Part shown: one piece after another, positions 28,979 to 39,501 of the stretch
Layout: each line of letters starts with the position of its first letter
Position numbering within the stretch: position 1 is the first letter of the stretch
Source: an uncultured bacterium
GTDB taxonomy: Bacteria > Patescibacteriota > Minisyncoccia > SW-4-49-11
Assembly: GCA_937864235.1 (NCBI GenBank)
Contig: CALMJI010000012.1
Span: forward strand, 942-64,941
DNA: 64,000 nucleotides
Reading direction: 5' to 3'
Notes under the pieces: generated by a model
Databases searched by the model: none
Seen by the model: the letters and a program-made list of their open reading frames with translations, nothing else
What the model was told of the DNA's origin: nothing
Position numbers and translations under genes: made by a program

Positions 28979-30811
28979 ATGAAATCAAAATATCAATGGC
29001 ATATCAATACTCCTATAACTAAAGATATTATAGCCCAATATCCTGAAATTAATCCTATTATTTTACAGTTATTGTGGAATAGAGAGATTAAAAATCTTAA
29101 AGATATAGATAATTTTATAAATTCTGATTATCAAGATTTATTAAATCCATTTTTAATACTAGATATGCAAAAAAGCATAGATAGAATTCTTGGAGCCTTA
29201 CAGAGAAAAGAGAAAATTATTATATTTGGTGACTATGATGCTGATGGAGTAACGGGAAGTACGATTTTATATCAGGGTCTAAAGAAAACCTTTTCCGCAT
29301 TACATCAGCAAGGAAAACTCAATTTAGGAGATAATTTTGACAAAGAAGTAGATAAATATATCACAGTCTATATCCCCGATAGACATAAAGAAGGTTATGG
29401 ACTCAAAGATACTGGAGTTAGCTATATTCTAGAAAATACCCCTAAATTAGTGATAACAGTAGATTGTGGAGTTAGAAGTAAAGATGAAATTAAGTCAATA
29501 CAGAATTCAGGTATAGATGTAATTGTAATTGATCACCATTCTGTGCCAGAAGAAATGCCACCAGCTTTTGGTATTATTGTCCCAAAACGGAAAGGCGACC
29601 CCTATCCGTTCAAAGATTTATGTGGGGCGGGACTTGCATTCAAGGTTATGACTGCTTTATTAACTGAAGCGAGAACCAAAGTTGGATATGATTTTATTCC
29701 ACTGGGTTATGAAAAATGGTTATTAGATCTAGCTGCAATTGGTACTATTGCGGATATGGTGCCTTTAGTAGGAGAAAATAGAATTATTGTTAGATATGGC
29801 CTTTATGTATTAGGAAAAACCCGTAATATTGGACTGAAAGCATTGATGGACAGTACTGGTATTACAGCAGAAGTTGATGAGATAGATGGTCTGGAAGGTA
29901 ACAGTATCAGTGTATACTCTGTAGGATTTCAGATAGCCCCAAGGATTAATGCCGCGGGTAGAATTGCTCATGCTAACCAAGCCTTTCAATTATTTACAAC
30001 AGATAGCTCAAATGAAGCTAATACTCTAGCTCAGGAACTACAAAAATTAAACGATAATCGTAAGAATCTCACAGAAACAGTCTTAAAAGAGGTAGAAGCT
30101 AGATTGTATCAATCTGATAATATTCAAAATCAAGCCTTAATCTTCGAGGGAGACAAGAATTGGTCAATTGGTGTACTCGGTATAGTAGCCTCTAGATTAA
30201 CAGAAAAATACTATAGACCAGTTATATTATACCAAGAACAGGCTCATCATTGTGTAGCCTCAGCCAGAAGTATCCCAGAATTTGATATAGCCAAAGCAGT
30301 ACAGCAAATGGATGATTTGATTATTTCTGGAGGTGGGCATAGTCAAGCTGCTGGAATAACATTTGACAATCATAGAAAGGAAGAGATCAAGGAATTTTTT
30401 AGACAAAAAATTAGAGAAGAAGTAGAAATAAATAATCTACAACCATATAAGAATATAGACATAGAGCTAAATGCTCAGGATGTAGATTGGGATTTATATG
30501 ACTCTTTTTACAAATTAGCACCTTTTGGAATGAATAATTCAGCTCCAGTGTTCCTAGTTAGAAAATTAAGAATACTAGATATAAAAGTTTTGGGAGCTGA
30601 TCAAAAACATATCAAATTAAAATTAACCTCAGAAGCTCAAGTAGGTACTCCATTAACAATCGATGCTATAGGATTTAATTTTAGTTATGTTGTTGATCAA
30701 TTACATCGCAATGATATTGTAGATTTGGTATTTAGACTAGAAGTTAATGAATGGAATGGTAATAGGGAATTACAACTAAATATAGTAGACATTGCATCTA
30801 ATCAGAGTTAA
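28979..30811 (+). CDS. recJ: ssDNA exonuclease RecJ
   Basis: GDYDADG, ITVDCG, DHH, GTIAD, PRINAAGR, GGH..AAG, PFG..N. Confidence 0.97.
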   Translation: MKSKYQWHINTPITKDIIAQYPEINPIILQLLWNREIKNLKDIDNFINSDYQDLLNPFLILDMQKSIDRILGALQRKEKIIIFGDYDADGVTGSTILYQGLKKTFSALHQQGKLNLGDNFDKEVDKYITVYIPDRHKEGYGLKDTGVSYILENTPKLVITVDCGVRSKDEIKSIQNSGIDVIVIDHHSVPEEMPPAFGIIVPKRKGDPYPFKDLCGAGLAFKVMTALLTEARTKVGYDFIPLGYEKWLLDLAAIGTIADMVPLVGENRIIVRYGLYVLGKTRNIGLKALMDSTGITAEVDEIDGLEGNSISVYSVGFQIAPRINAAGRIAHANQAFQLFTTDSSNEANTLAQELQKLNDNRKNLTETVLKEVEARLYQSDNIQNQALIFEGDKNWSIGVLGIVASRLTEKYYRPVILYQEQAHHCVASARSIPEFDIAKAVQQMDDLIISGGGHSQAAGITFDNHRKEEIKEFFRQKIREEVEINNLQPYKNIDIELNAQDVDWDLYDSFYKLAPFGMNNSAPVFLVRKLRILDIKVLGADQKHIKLKLTSEAQVGTPLTIDAIGFNFSYVVDQLHRNDIVDLVFRLEVNEWNGNRELQLNIVDIASNQS

Positions 30812-30851
30812 AAAATTTGCTCTTTTTGTGAAAAATCTTTATAATATATAC

Positions 30852-31187
30852 TATCCAAGAGGAATGGTAATCGCGCATATCCACATTAGTGGTGAGTGAG
30901 GAAAGTCTGGACACCTATTACCCAAAGAGGGAAATAAATGATAGTGGGTAACACCCATCCTTAAGTTTACTTAAGCGGGATAGTATCGCAGAGACAAAAC
31001 ATTTGAGTCTAACTCATCTAAGGTGAAAAGAGATAAACCCTATCAGGTGCAAGGCCGTGCTTTTCTCAAGTAGAAAAGAGTGCCGCCAAGAAAATACTGG
31101 TAACAGTATTTCAAGATAAATGATTACCTCAAGTTTATTGCTAGTCAATCTACTTGAACAGAATCCAGCTTATATTCCTTTTGGATA
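30852..31187 (+). ncRNA. rnpB: RNase P RNA
   Basis: gaggaaagtctggac ... aacagaatccagctta (P4), terminal P1 tatccaagaggaat/attccttttggata, ggtgcaagg, agataaatgattac. Confidence 0.95.
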
Positions 31188-31213
31188 CAAAATATCATCA
31201 ATTAAAATATAAT

Positions 31214-32629
31214 ATGAATAGATTTGAGCTATTATTTAGTGCGATTAGAGTCCCAGTAGATTTTATTCTGATTATTCTAGCTGGTCTTTTATCGTATCAG
31301 ATTCGAATCTCTAGTTTTGCAATTGAAGCAAGACCATTTTTATATAATCTTAGTAATACTTGGTATAATGGATTTGTTCTAGTATTTGCGGTCATAACTA
31401 TTATAATTATGGCTTTCTCAGGTATGTATATAACCAAGAGAACCCGTACAATCGTAGTTGAATTTTATAGAATTTTAAGTTCAGTCTCCACTACAACATT
31501 ATTAATTATTTTATATTATTTCTTTTATTCAAGAGATATATTTTCATCAAGATTTATAATTATATCTATCTGGGTTTTATCAATAATCTTACTGTTATTA
31601 GGTAGAATGACATTACATTGGATACAAGATTATATAACCAAAAACTATAAATTGGGATTGCATAAAGTAGCTGTAATTACAGGTAATGACATAGCTGGAC
31701 AGCTAGTTTTGGATGCTCTTAATACAAAAGCTGGATTTAGTTATCAGGTTGTAGATATACAAAAAGAATTAAATCTCAAAGATCTGAAGCATTTAATTAT
31801 CACCAAACAAATAGATGAAGTCATCTTGGCTGACACTAATATAGAACAAGAAAGATTAATTAAAATTAACTATCTTTGTGAAGAATATAAGATTGACTTT
31901 CAATATGTACCTAATATCTTTGATATGTATACCCAAGTTGAGGTCAAGAATCTATCAGGAGTTTTATTATTCAGAGTCAAAAGAACAACCCTAGAAGGTT
32001 GGGGAAGTATTTATAAAAGAATCTTTGATATCATCGTAGCTAGCATAGCTATTATTATTTTGTCCCCAATCTATATACTAACAATTATAGCTATCAAATT
32101 AGATTCTCCAGGACCAATCCTATATAAGAATAAAAGAGTAGGAGTAGCTAAAAAAATTTTTGAAGTCTATAAATTCAGAAGTATGTACCAAGATATGTGC
32201 ACAGATGAAAATAATACCGCTTCAATAGAATTAGAGCAAAAACTTCTAGCCGAGAAAAATACCAAATCAGGACCATTATATAAGATAAAAGATGACCCAC
32301 GAGTGACAAAAGTAGGTAAATTCATCCGTAAAACTAGTATAGATGAGTTGCCACAATTCTTTAATGTATTACAAGGAACAATGAGCTTAGTAGGTCCAAG
32401 ACCACATCAACCAAGAGAAGTGGATAAGTATAAGCAGCATCACAAAAAAGTCCTAACTATCAAACCAGGTATCACCGGTATGGCACAAGTCAATGGAAGA
32501 TCAGATTTAAGCTTCGAGGAAGAAGTTTTATACGATACATTTTATATAGAAAACTGGAGCATTTGGCTTGATATAATAATATTACTAAAGACCCCATGGG
32601 CAGTCATCGCACCACGCAAAGCCGATTAA
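31214..32629 (+). CDS. Polyprenyl-phosphate glycosylphosphotransferase (WcaJ/WbaP-like)
   Basis: KRIFDI, YKFRSM, DDPRVT..G.F.RKTSIDELPQ, GTMSLVGPRP, KPGITG.AQ; start moved to 31214 to avoid rnpB. Confidence 0.94.
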   Translation: MNRFELLFSAIRVPVDFILIILAGLLSYQIRISSFAIEARPFLYNLSNTWYNGFVLVFAVITIIIMAFSGMYITKRTRTIVVEFYRILSSVSTTTLLIILYYFFYSRDIFSSRFIIISIWVLSIILLLLGRMTLHWIQDYITKNYKLGLHKVAVITGNDIAGQLVLDALNTKAGFSYQVVDIQKELNLKDLKHLIITKQIDEVILADTNIEQERLIKINYLCEEYKIDFQYVPNIFDMYTQVEVKNLSGVLLFRVKRTTLEGWGSIYKRIFDIIVASIAIIILSPIYILTIIAIKLDSPGPILYKNKRVGVAKKIFEVYKFRSMYQDMCTDENNTASIELEQKLLAEKNTKSGPLYKIKDDPRVTKVGKFIRKTSIDELPQFFNVLQGTMSLVGPRPHQPREVDKYKQHHKKVLTIKPGITGMAQVNGRSDLSFEEEVLYDTFYIENWSIWLDIIILLKTPWAVIAPRKAD

Positions 32630-32709
32630 ATCTAATCACACAAAATTTGCCAAAAAATTAAAAATGTAATATAATTGAATTATATAGTATAAAAATAAAT
32701 ATTGAGAAT

Positions 32710-35700
32710 ATGAGAAATGCATTTGAATCAAGCAGAGGAGATACTCAAGTCATTGAAGTAGATATGGGACCAATACCTGAAAACCCTTCTAATGCTAGTG
32801 ATAAAGATATTAAAGCTATTGAAAAATATCACAATCATCATCCAGATCAATTTCCTTCTAGTAAATATATAGATGTTAGAGGGTGGGAAAATTGGAGAAA
32901 TATATCTAAAAGATATAATAAAGATGATAAAAAATGGACTGTTTCTTACAGGGGTTTCTTTAAGGATGAAGAGGTTATTCAAGAATTTGATCATGAGGAA
33001 GAAGCGCAAGCTCAATTAGATAAGCTAAAAAATTACAATAAACAAATAGCTTTAGATCTAATTAGAGAAGCAAGAAACTTTTCTATTGGGGAAGATTTAG
33101 AAGCTCCGTGGACTGATTCAGTATATGTAAGTGCTGAAACAGTTATAGAGGCTAGTGGAGAAACAATATCTGAAAAAGATGTACACTCTCCCATTGATAC
33201 TCCATCTACAAGCAAATCTGATGGTGGAGAAGTAAAGAGTAGTTCAGGAACAGATCAAGAGGCTCAACCTGATGTTGGAACAGGTGATGCAATTGAACAA
33301 GGATCTGTTACTACAAATAGCGTAGAGTCTAGCTTAGATGACGGTGGTGTAGATGATCTTTTTGAAAACTTACCAGAGGTAGGCGCATTACAGGCAGAAT
33401 TAGATAGATTGATTGAAGTTGAGGCGGCAAAATTACAAAAAGAGGAAATAGTAGAAAATTTATCTTACAAAGTTGACCGAGAAAAATTAGAAACTTTCAA
33501 AGAAAATGCAAGGCGGGCTATTACTAATTATCAGCAATTTGCTACTGAACACTCTTCTCCAGCTGATAAATCTAATCCTCAAATTCAAGAAAAATATAAA
33601 TTATTAGAGAAGCAGGCTTGGAATTCTTTGTATAATTTAGCTCATTTACTAGATGGTGAAATAGCTATACTTCCTCAAGATCGTGATATACAATTATCTC
33701 ACCCAGGAGGAGTAGACACTAGACAATATTTAGAATCAAGGGGATATAAATTTGATGAGAATGGGGATATAACTCATATTAAAGACAATGGAGTTGAGAT
33801 TGAGTTAAATAGAGCAATGAAAACAGATAGCTTAATTAAATCTAGAAGACCATCTCATGTTGTATATGATAAAAGTATATCTTTAGATAATGACTTTAAT
33901 TATCAAGGATATCTAGTAAGAGGACTTAATCAGCAAACTCCAGACTTTATAGTAGGGGTATTAGATAAAAACAATTTAGAAAACGTTATAGTAGATGAAA
34001 CTGGACAATCAATCCCTAAATCAGATGCATCTCCAGCAACTAATCCTGAAGCTCCTGAACAAGCTGAGGGAGGAGAAACTACCCCACAAGTCTCACTCGA
34101 TGATTTGAGATTAGCTTATGCTAGAGCTGAAGAAGCTTGGAATAGAAAACGAGGAGATGAGAAGTTAGAAGATGCCTTTATAGTAGCAAGAAAAGCTTAT
34201 AATACAGAATTAGAGAGAGTACTAAAATTACAAGTAGCAGAAGGACAAGCTGATAATATACATCAGATCTTCAAAGACGAGGTTATGAGTCTGAGAGATA
34301 GTAGGATAGAGCAGTCCCAAGATCTACAAGGTGTATGGGAGAAGAGATTAAATCCTATTAAAGAAAAATTTGTAAATTTTGTTATGAAAAATAAAAAAAT
34401 TATTAGTAGACTCAACTTAGCTGCTGGAGTAGCTGGAGGAGCTTTAGCTTTAACCGGAGCTGGTATCCCATTGGCAGGAGGTTTAGCCGTAGCTCGTCGG
34501 ATGGTATCGGCAACATTGCTTGGAGTATCTACTGGAGAGGGTATGAGATCATTAGGAGAAGATGCCGATATAAATTCATTCTGGGGTAAAATTAAATTTA
34601 AAGCAATTATTCCAAAATTAGTTCAAGAATCTCTAGCTTCTAGTGAAGATGAATTTAAAAAAGTATCTGAAGATGTTCTAAAAGAAAGATTAGGAACTCT
34701 AGAAGCATATTACAGACTTAATGGGGGTAAATTTACCAATGATAATCAACAACAAGCCTATGAGAAAGTACTAACTGAATTAGCACGAAGAGTACAAAAA
34801 AATGTTATATATGCAGAACAAAATCAAGATGAATTACAATCTGATTGGCAAGAGCAAAAACCAGAATACTTAACAGAAGGAGAAATATTAGAAAAAGCTC
34901 ACCATAGATGGGATGAAAGAAATCCACTATCTAGGAATATGAGATACTTTTTAGATAAAGATATTCAAAAAGAAAGAAATTTACAAAAACAGGCAAATGA
35001 AAATTGGAAAAAGTTAAATCCAGAAAAATATACCTCAGAATTACTAAATACTATTTCAGATAAAAGAGTTGCTGAATTAGATAAATTTAGAAGAAATAGA
35101 AGAAATGCTACTGTTGCTGGTTTAGGAGTAGGATTATTAGTAGGAGTATCTGTTCATATATTAGATGAGGTTAATAAACCAGACTCGGTAGAGTTAACAG
35201 ATGGTTCAGATTCTACTACCGGCGGTGCTACATCAGAAGTACAAGGTTCAGGAGCTGGGCCAAGTAGTTCCGGTAATCCGGCAGCTCCAGATGCTGGACA
35301 AGTTGCTCCAAAACCAAATCTTGAGACCACCCCACCTACTGGTACTGGAGCTAGTGCAGAGGAGGCTCTAAGACAAGCACAAGTAGTAGCAGAGCAAGCA
35401 CAAGAATTGGCTCAAGATGTTTCTAGTCTCGATAGTGGAGAAACTATTTGGGGAGAAATAGCCAAGCAACTAGGTGAAAATGCTAGTGAAGCTCAAATAC
35501 AACAGGCGGTAGAGAATTATCTACAATCAGAATTAGGGCAGGAATCTATTTATAAACTAGCTCAAGGCACCGAAGGAGGAAGAGCCTTATTAGCTCAATG
35601 GAGTATAGATGATGCTAAAGAAATGGCAAGTCTCTCAAAAGATCAGCTATTTGAAATATCTAGATACTTAGCTCCAGGTAAATTAGATGGACTTACTGAA

Positions 35701-36588
35701 TTAAGTTTAGATAATTTAGATGCTCTCTCCCCAGCAGAGTATGTAGAATCATCTCCAGTAGTAGAACCTACTATTGAACCAGGATCTACCGAACCTCCAG
35801 CCCCACCGGCAGCTGAGGCTCCAGTACCTCCTCCAGCCCCAGAAGTACCACCAGTTGCAAGCACCGAGTTTACTAGAGGTGTATCTGAAGCTTTAGGTAC
35901 AACCAATCTTACAGAATCTCAGCTACAAGAAGCAATCTATTCATTTGCTACCAGTGAGCAAGGTGGTGCTGACTTATATAAACAAATTATTAGTAATGAA
36001 GAAGGAGCAAGATTCTTATCAGGATTTGGAGTTAATAATGCCGCTGACTTTGCTAATCTAAGGCCTGATGAAGTATACGAAATAGCCCAAACTGTAGGCG
36101 TAGAGAATTTAGATAAATTACCAGGATTCGAGCTTAATGATATTATTTTATCTAAATTTGAAGACGCCCCAGATATAGTAGAGTTAGTGAAAGGTTCAAA
36201 ACCACTTGATATGGTTAATAGGTATATAGCTAATGAGATAGGTAACTTACCTTATGATTCTAGTTTAGGACAACAGGTGTTGAATACCTACTTAGAAACA
36301 CCACAAGGTAAACAATGGCTTTATGATGCAATTATTAATAACCCAGATAAGTTAAATGGTAATCAGAATATTCAGTTTGTAGAAGAATATTTCAGACAAA
36401 AAGGTATTAAATCAGGAGTTGATATAAACTGGTTAGATTTAACCCAAGACAGAAGATTTCCAACATCTATTTTTTGGAGAGAAACAGCTTTAGCTGGAGG
36501 TAGACGTATCCCACCTTTATCAACACTTCTGCAACCAAGTAAAATGATTGGGATCAAAGATGCTGTGAGACAAGTACTAACTAGATAA
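32710..36588 (+). CDS. Large hypothetical membrane protein, 1292 aa
   Basis: Long ORF; acidic N-terminus, Gly/Ala-rich hydrophobic hairpin, TM, Pro-rich linkers, repeated C-terminal domain. Confidence 0.9.
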   Translation: MRNAFESSRGDTQVIEVDMGPIPENPSNASDKDIKAIEKYHNHHPDQFPSSKYIDVRGWENWRNISKRYNKDDKKWTVSYRGFFKDEEVIQEFDHEEEAQAQLDKLKNYNKQIALDLIREARNFSIGEDLEAPWTDSVYVSAETVIEASGETISEKDVHSPIDTPSTSKSDGGEVKSSSGTDQEAQPDVGTGDAIEQGSVTTNSVESSLDDGGVDDLFENLPEVGALQAELDRLIEVEAAKLQKEEIVENLSYKVDREKLETFKENARRAITNYQQFATEHSSPADKSNPQIQEKYKLLEKQAWNSLYNLAHLLDGEIAILPQDRDIQLSHPGGVDTRQYLESRGYKFDENGDITHIKDNGVEIELNRAMKTDSLIKSRRPSHVVYDKSISLDNDFNYQGYLVRGLNQQTPDFIVGVLDKNNLENVIVDETGQSIPKSDASPATNPEAPEQAEGGETTPQVSLDDLRLAYARAEEAWNRKRGDEKLEDAFIVARKAYNTELERVLKLQVAEGQADNIHQIFKDEVMSLRDSRIEQSQDLQGVWEKRLNPIKEKFVNFVMKNKKIISRLNLAAGVAGGALALTGAGIPLAGGLAVARRMVSATLLGVSTGEGMRSLGEDADINSFWGKIKFKAIIPKLVQESLASSEDEFKKVSEDVLKERLGTLEAYYRLNGGKFTNDNQQQAYEKVLTELARRVQKNVIYAEQNQDELQSDWQEQKPEYLTEGEILEKAHHRWDERNPLSRNMRYFLDKDIQKERNLQKQANENWKKLNPEKYTSELLNTISDKRVAELDKFRRNRRNATVAGLGVGLLVGVSVHILDEVNKPDSVELTDGSDSTTGGATSEVQGSGAGPSSSGNPAAPDAGQVAPKPNLETTPPTGTGASAEEALRQAQVVAEQAQELAQDVSSLDSGETIWGEIAKQLGENASEAQIQQAVENYLQSELGQESIYKLAQGTEGGRALLAQWSIDDAKEMASLSKDQLFEISRYLAPGKLDGLTELSLDNLDALSPAEYVESSPVVEPTIEPGSTEPPAPPAAEAPVPPPAPEVPPVASTEFTRGVSEALGTTNLTESQLQEAIYSFATSEQGGADLYKQIISNEEGARFLSGFGVNNAADFANLRPDEVYEIAQTVGVENLDKLPGFELNDIILSKFEDAPDIVELVKGSKPLDMVNRYIANEIGNLPYDSSLGQQVLNTYLETPQGKQWLYDAIINNPDKLNGNQNIQFVEEYFRQKGIKSGVDINWLDLTQDRRFPTSIFWRETALAGGRRIPPLSTLLQPSKMIGIKDAVRQVLTR

Positions 36589-36606
36589 TTAATTAAATAC
36601 AACACT

Positions 36607-36921
36607 ATGGATAATACACAAGACAATATCATCGCCCTATTAGGACTAGAAGATTTACCGATTGAAAATAGAGCTCAATTAGTAGACGAATTAACTCAGA
36701 TTCTTGAAGTAAGAGTACTTAGTGCAGCTTATGATACTCTTAGTGAAGAGCAAGCTCAGCATCTAGACACTTTACTCAATGACAATAATCCAGAAGTAGT
36801 GACTCAATTTATTCAAGAAAATGTCCCAACTTTAAGTGAAATCTTTGCTACTCAAGTTGAGAATTTGAAGGCAGAATTAGTACAACATAAAGCTGAAATT
36901 ACTGAAAAGTTAACTCAATAA
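36607..36921 (+). CDS. Small acidic helical protein (DUF5663-like)
   Basis: LLGLEDLP...L...LE.RV....L.EE....L pattern typical of CPR small proteins. Confidence 0.7.
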   Translation: MDNTQDNIIALLGLEDLPIENRAQLVDELTQILEVRVLSAAYDTLSEEQAQHLDTLLNDNNPEVVTQFIQENVPTLSEIFATQVENLKAELVQHKAEITEKLTQ

Positions 36922-37011
36922 TTTGAGCAAAAATTCCAAGAAGCCACTCAGGGGGCTTCAGAGTCTACAGATGCCGAGCCTCAGAATAATAATCATGCTG
37001 AGTAAAAATTT

Positions 37012-38115
37012 TTATTGAGTGACAGGAATAGAATAAGTTGTTGATGGAATTAGTTTTCTTGCTTGTTTGGTTTGGAAGGTGTTAAGATAAGCATATAAAT
37101 ACTTGTGAATTTGCCCTTTAATAGCAAGTTTATCTTGTATTATAGGCATATAGCTCTCAGCCATACGATTTAGAATTGGTTGCATATCCTGAATTGTATT
37201 GAGCCCTGTAATAATAGAGCTGTAATTATAGGGAGTAAAGAATATCCCTTTATTTGTGACTAAACTCTGATTATACACTCCTCTTGAGGAAAGAGTTGGA
37301 ATACCCGAGACTAGAGCTAGTGATAGAGGGTATTTATCCTCACTATCAGTCGGAATTTCAACGAATATCTTCGCATTTTGAACTAGAGCCTGTTCGGTAG
37401 TTCCACTCAATTCACCTACGAAGATAATATTATTGGACTGATATTTTTCTTTGATTGCCGGTATAACTTTACCTAACACTATCAAAGAATAGTTGATTTT
37501 ATGATTACAATAAGCTTTTATAAATAACTCTAAACTTTTAGTATATCTATATTGGCTAACATTTACCACCATATAATCTTGAGGGTATATGTCCTTTATA
37601 TTATTATCTGAGATAGAATTATTGACCTCAATTCCAGTGGGTATAGTATATAGTTTGGATTTAAAGCTAGGTCGGAATAAACTTGTAAGTGCGGGATTAG
37701 CAATGATTAAGCTATCTGCAAACTTAGCTGAGATATAGGTTAATAGTCTGAACTTTTGCCAATTTTTAGCAGTATTGATAAAAGTATATTGCTGATAATC
37801 AAACATTACTCTTACTTGTGGCATTTGTAATGATACCCAAAAAGCCACCCAAGCATATTCTAAGGATCTAATATGTACTATTTCAAGTCCTTTTATTTTC
37901 TTTAGAGCTCTCATAGTATCTTTAACATTGGGTTTGCTGGCAATAATATGGATACCCTTATATTCAGTAGCTTGGCTGTAGTTTGGCTCTGATATTACAT
38001 AAACCGAATGCCCACGCTTTGCTAAAGGTACAGCAATAGCTTCTAAATTATATTCATTTCTATCTCTAGTGCTTTGATAGGGAAGACCTCTGGTTCCAAC
38101 AAATGCTATAGTCAT
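37012..38115 (-). CDS. Divergent GT4-fold glycosyltransferase-like protein
   Basis: MTIAFVGTRGLP N-terminus, IPTGI, IIFVG; catalytic E-x7-E motif degenerate. Confidence 0.65.
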   Translation of the reverse strand: MTIAFVGTRGLPYQSTRDRNEYNLEAIAVPLAKRGHSVYVISEPNYSQATEYKGIHIIASKPNVKDTMRALKKIKGLEIVHIRSLEYAWVAFWVSLQMPQVRVMFDYQQYTFINTAKNWQKFRLLTYISAKFADSLIIANPALTSLFRPSFKSKLYTIPTGIEVNNSISDNNIKDIYPQDYMVVNVSQYRYTKSLELFIKAYCNHKINYSLIVLGKVIPAIKEKYQSNNIIFVGELSGTTEQALVQNAKIFVEIPTDSEDKYPLSLALVSGIPTLSSRGVYNQSLVTNKGIFFTPYNYSSIITGLNTIQDMQPILNRMAESYMPIIQDKLAIKGQIHKYLYAYLNTFQTKQARKLIPSTTYSIPVTQ

Positions 38116-38267
38116 AAATTAAATTATTCTTTCAGGCACGGATTATAGCATAAAATAACAATTTTGTCAAAAGTTTATAGAGACATTATATCTGTGAAAT
38201 ATTTAATTGTTATAATAAATTCCACTTTTGAGGTATAGGCTGAACTCTGTACTCAAAGCAACTTTTT

Positions 38268-38540
38268 TCGTAGCAGCGGGTTTATCCCTCCATATATATA
38301 AGTAGGGGCAACATTACAGTCGCCTGTGCTTTGCATTAAAATTCCCCTCTTGAGGGGTGGACAGCTTCGCTGGACGGGGTGGCAAAATAAATTATTAATC
38401 GTAAATAATAAATTATAGAGGCGATCTTTCAGTTGCCTAAAGTCCTCCTCCCGCACTTCGTCCCACCTCCCCCAAGGGAGGACAAGTTGGATGGGCTTTT
38501 TGTTTACCTTTGGAGGGAGTACCCGTAGGGGGAGGGTGGA
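38268..38540. repeat. Composite repeat cluster: GTAG-type hairpins, empty Z, degenerate Y, X
   Basis: Empty Z aattcccctcttgaggggtggacagcttcgctggacggggtgg at 38339-38382; X at 38501-38540. Confidence 0.88.
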
Positions 38541-38556
38541 AAAAAGTATGAATTAA

Positions 38557-39501
38557 CTACTCACTTATAAAATAAATATCTTTATACCCATTAGCAAAAC
38601 TTTTAGGGTCGATGGAGTTTTTACCTTCGATCTTAAGTCTGGTAACTGCTATATTGCCATCTATAGTGCCGACAATAAGTTGGTTATTGTGTGAATCTAG
38701 TTGCCAGTGTCCAGCTTGTAGTTTTATGGTTTGATTTACTTGGAATTGTATTTGTTCAAAAATTACTTTTTTACCTGTATTAAGGTATGTATAAACTTGA
38801 GGCCACTTTAGGTAGGCTCGGTAGAGGTTTATTATATTTTGAGCTGTGTGAGTTTGCCAGTTAATCCGGCCATCTTGTTTTTGGAGCATTGAAATTATAC
38901 TGGCTTTAGTGTCATCTTGTGGCTTTGGTTTGATTTGCCCTGCCAAAAATGGTGGTAAATATTCTATTAGCAGTGTTGCACTAGTCTGTATAATCTTATG
39001 TTCTAATTCTACATAGGTGTCGGTTGGGGATATGGTTATTTTTTTTTGAGCGATGATTGGTCCATGATCCATCAGATGGTCTAATTGCATTAAGCTGACG
39101 GCTGTGCTAGCATCACCGTTGCGTAGGCTGGCATGAATTGGGGCTGGCCCTCGGTATTGTGGTAAAAGGGAGGGGTGAATATTGAGGACTTTATGGGGCA
39201 TTATATCAAGAATATTTTGAGGTATAATTTTGCCATAGGCTATGACTAGCCATATATCAGCTTCTAACCCTTGTAAGAGACTTATTGTCTCTGGATTATT
39301 GAGTTTTTCTGGACTAAAGACTGGGATATTATATTTTTGGGCAAAAATTTTGAGTGGGCTAGGGGTTAGGATTTTTTTGCGCCCTTGTGGTGTGTCGGGG
39401 GTGGTGATAATGTAGGTTATATTGACCCAAGATAATAAAGATTCAGCTATTGCTACGGTTAGCTGAGGTGTCCCCCAAACTACAATATTTGGTTTAGACA
39501 T
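38557..39501 (-). CDS. fmt: Methionyl-tRNA formyltransferase
   Basis: WGTP, T.PD...GR, AYGKII, NIHPSLLP.YRG.AP, MDHGP. Confidence 0.95.
   Translation of the reverse strand: MSKPNIVVWGTPQLTVAIAESLLSWVNITYIITTPDTPQGRKKILTPSPLKIFAQKYNIPVFSPEKLNNPETISLLQGLEADIWLVIAYGKIIPQNILDIMPHKVLNIHPSLLPQYRGPAPIHASLRNGDASTAVSLMQLDHLMDHGPIIAQKKITISPTDTYVELEHKIIQTSATLLIEYLPPFLAGQIKPKPQDDTKASIISMLQKQDGRINWQTHTAQNIINLYRAYLKWPQVYTYLNTGKKVIFEQIQFQVNQTIKLQAGHWQLDSHNNQLIVGTIDGNIAVTRLKIEGKNSIDPKSFANGYKDIYFISE

Noticed and set aside
31154-31213. N-terminal extension of the sugar transferase
   Set aside because: Overlaps the 3' end of RNase P RNA
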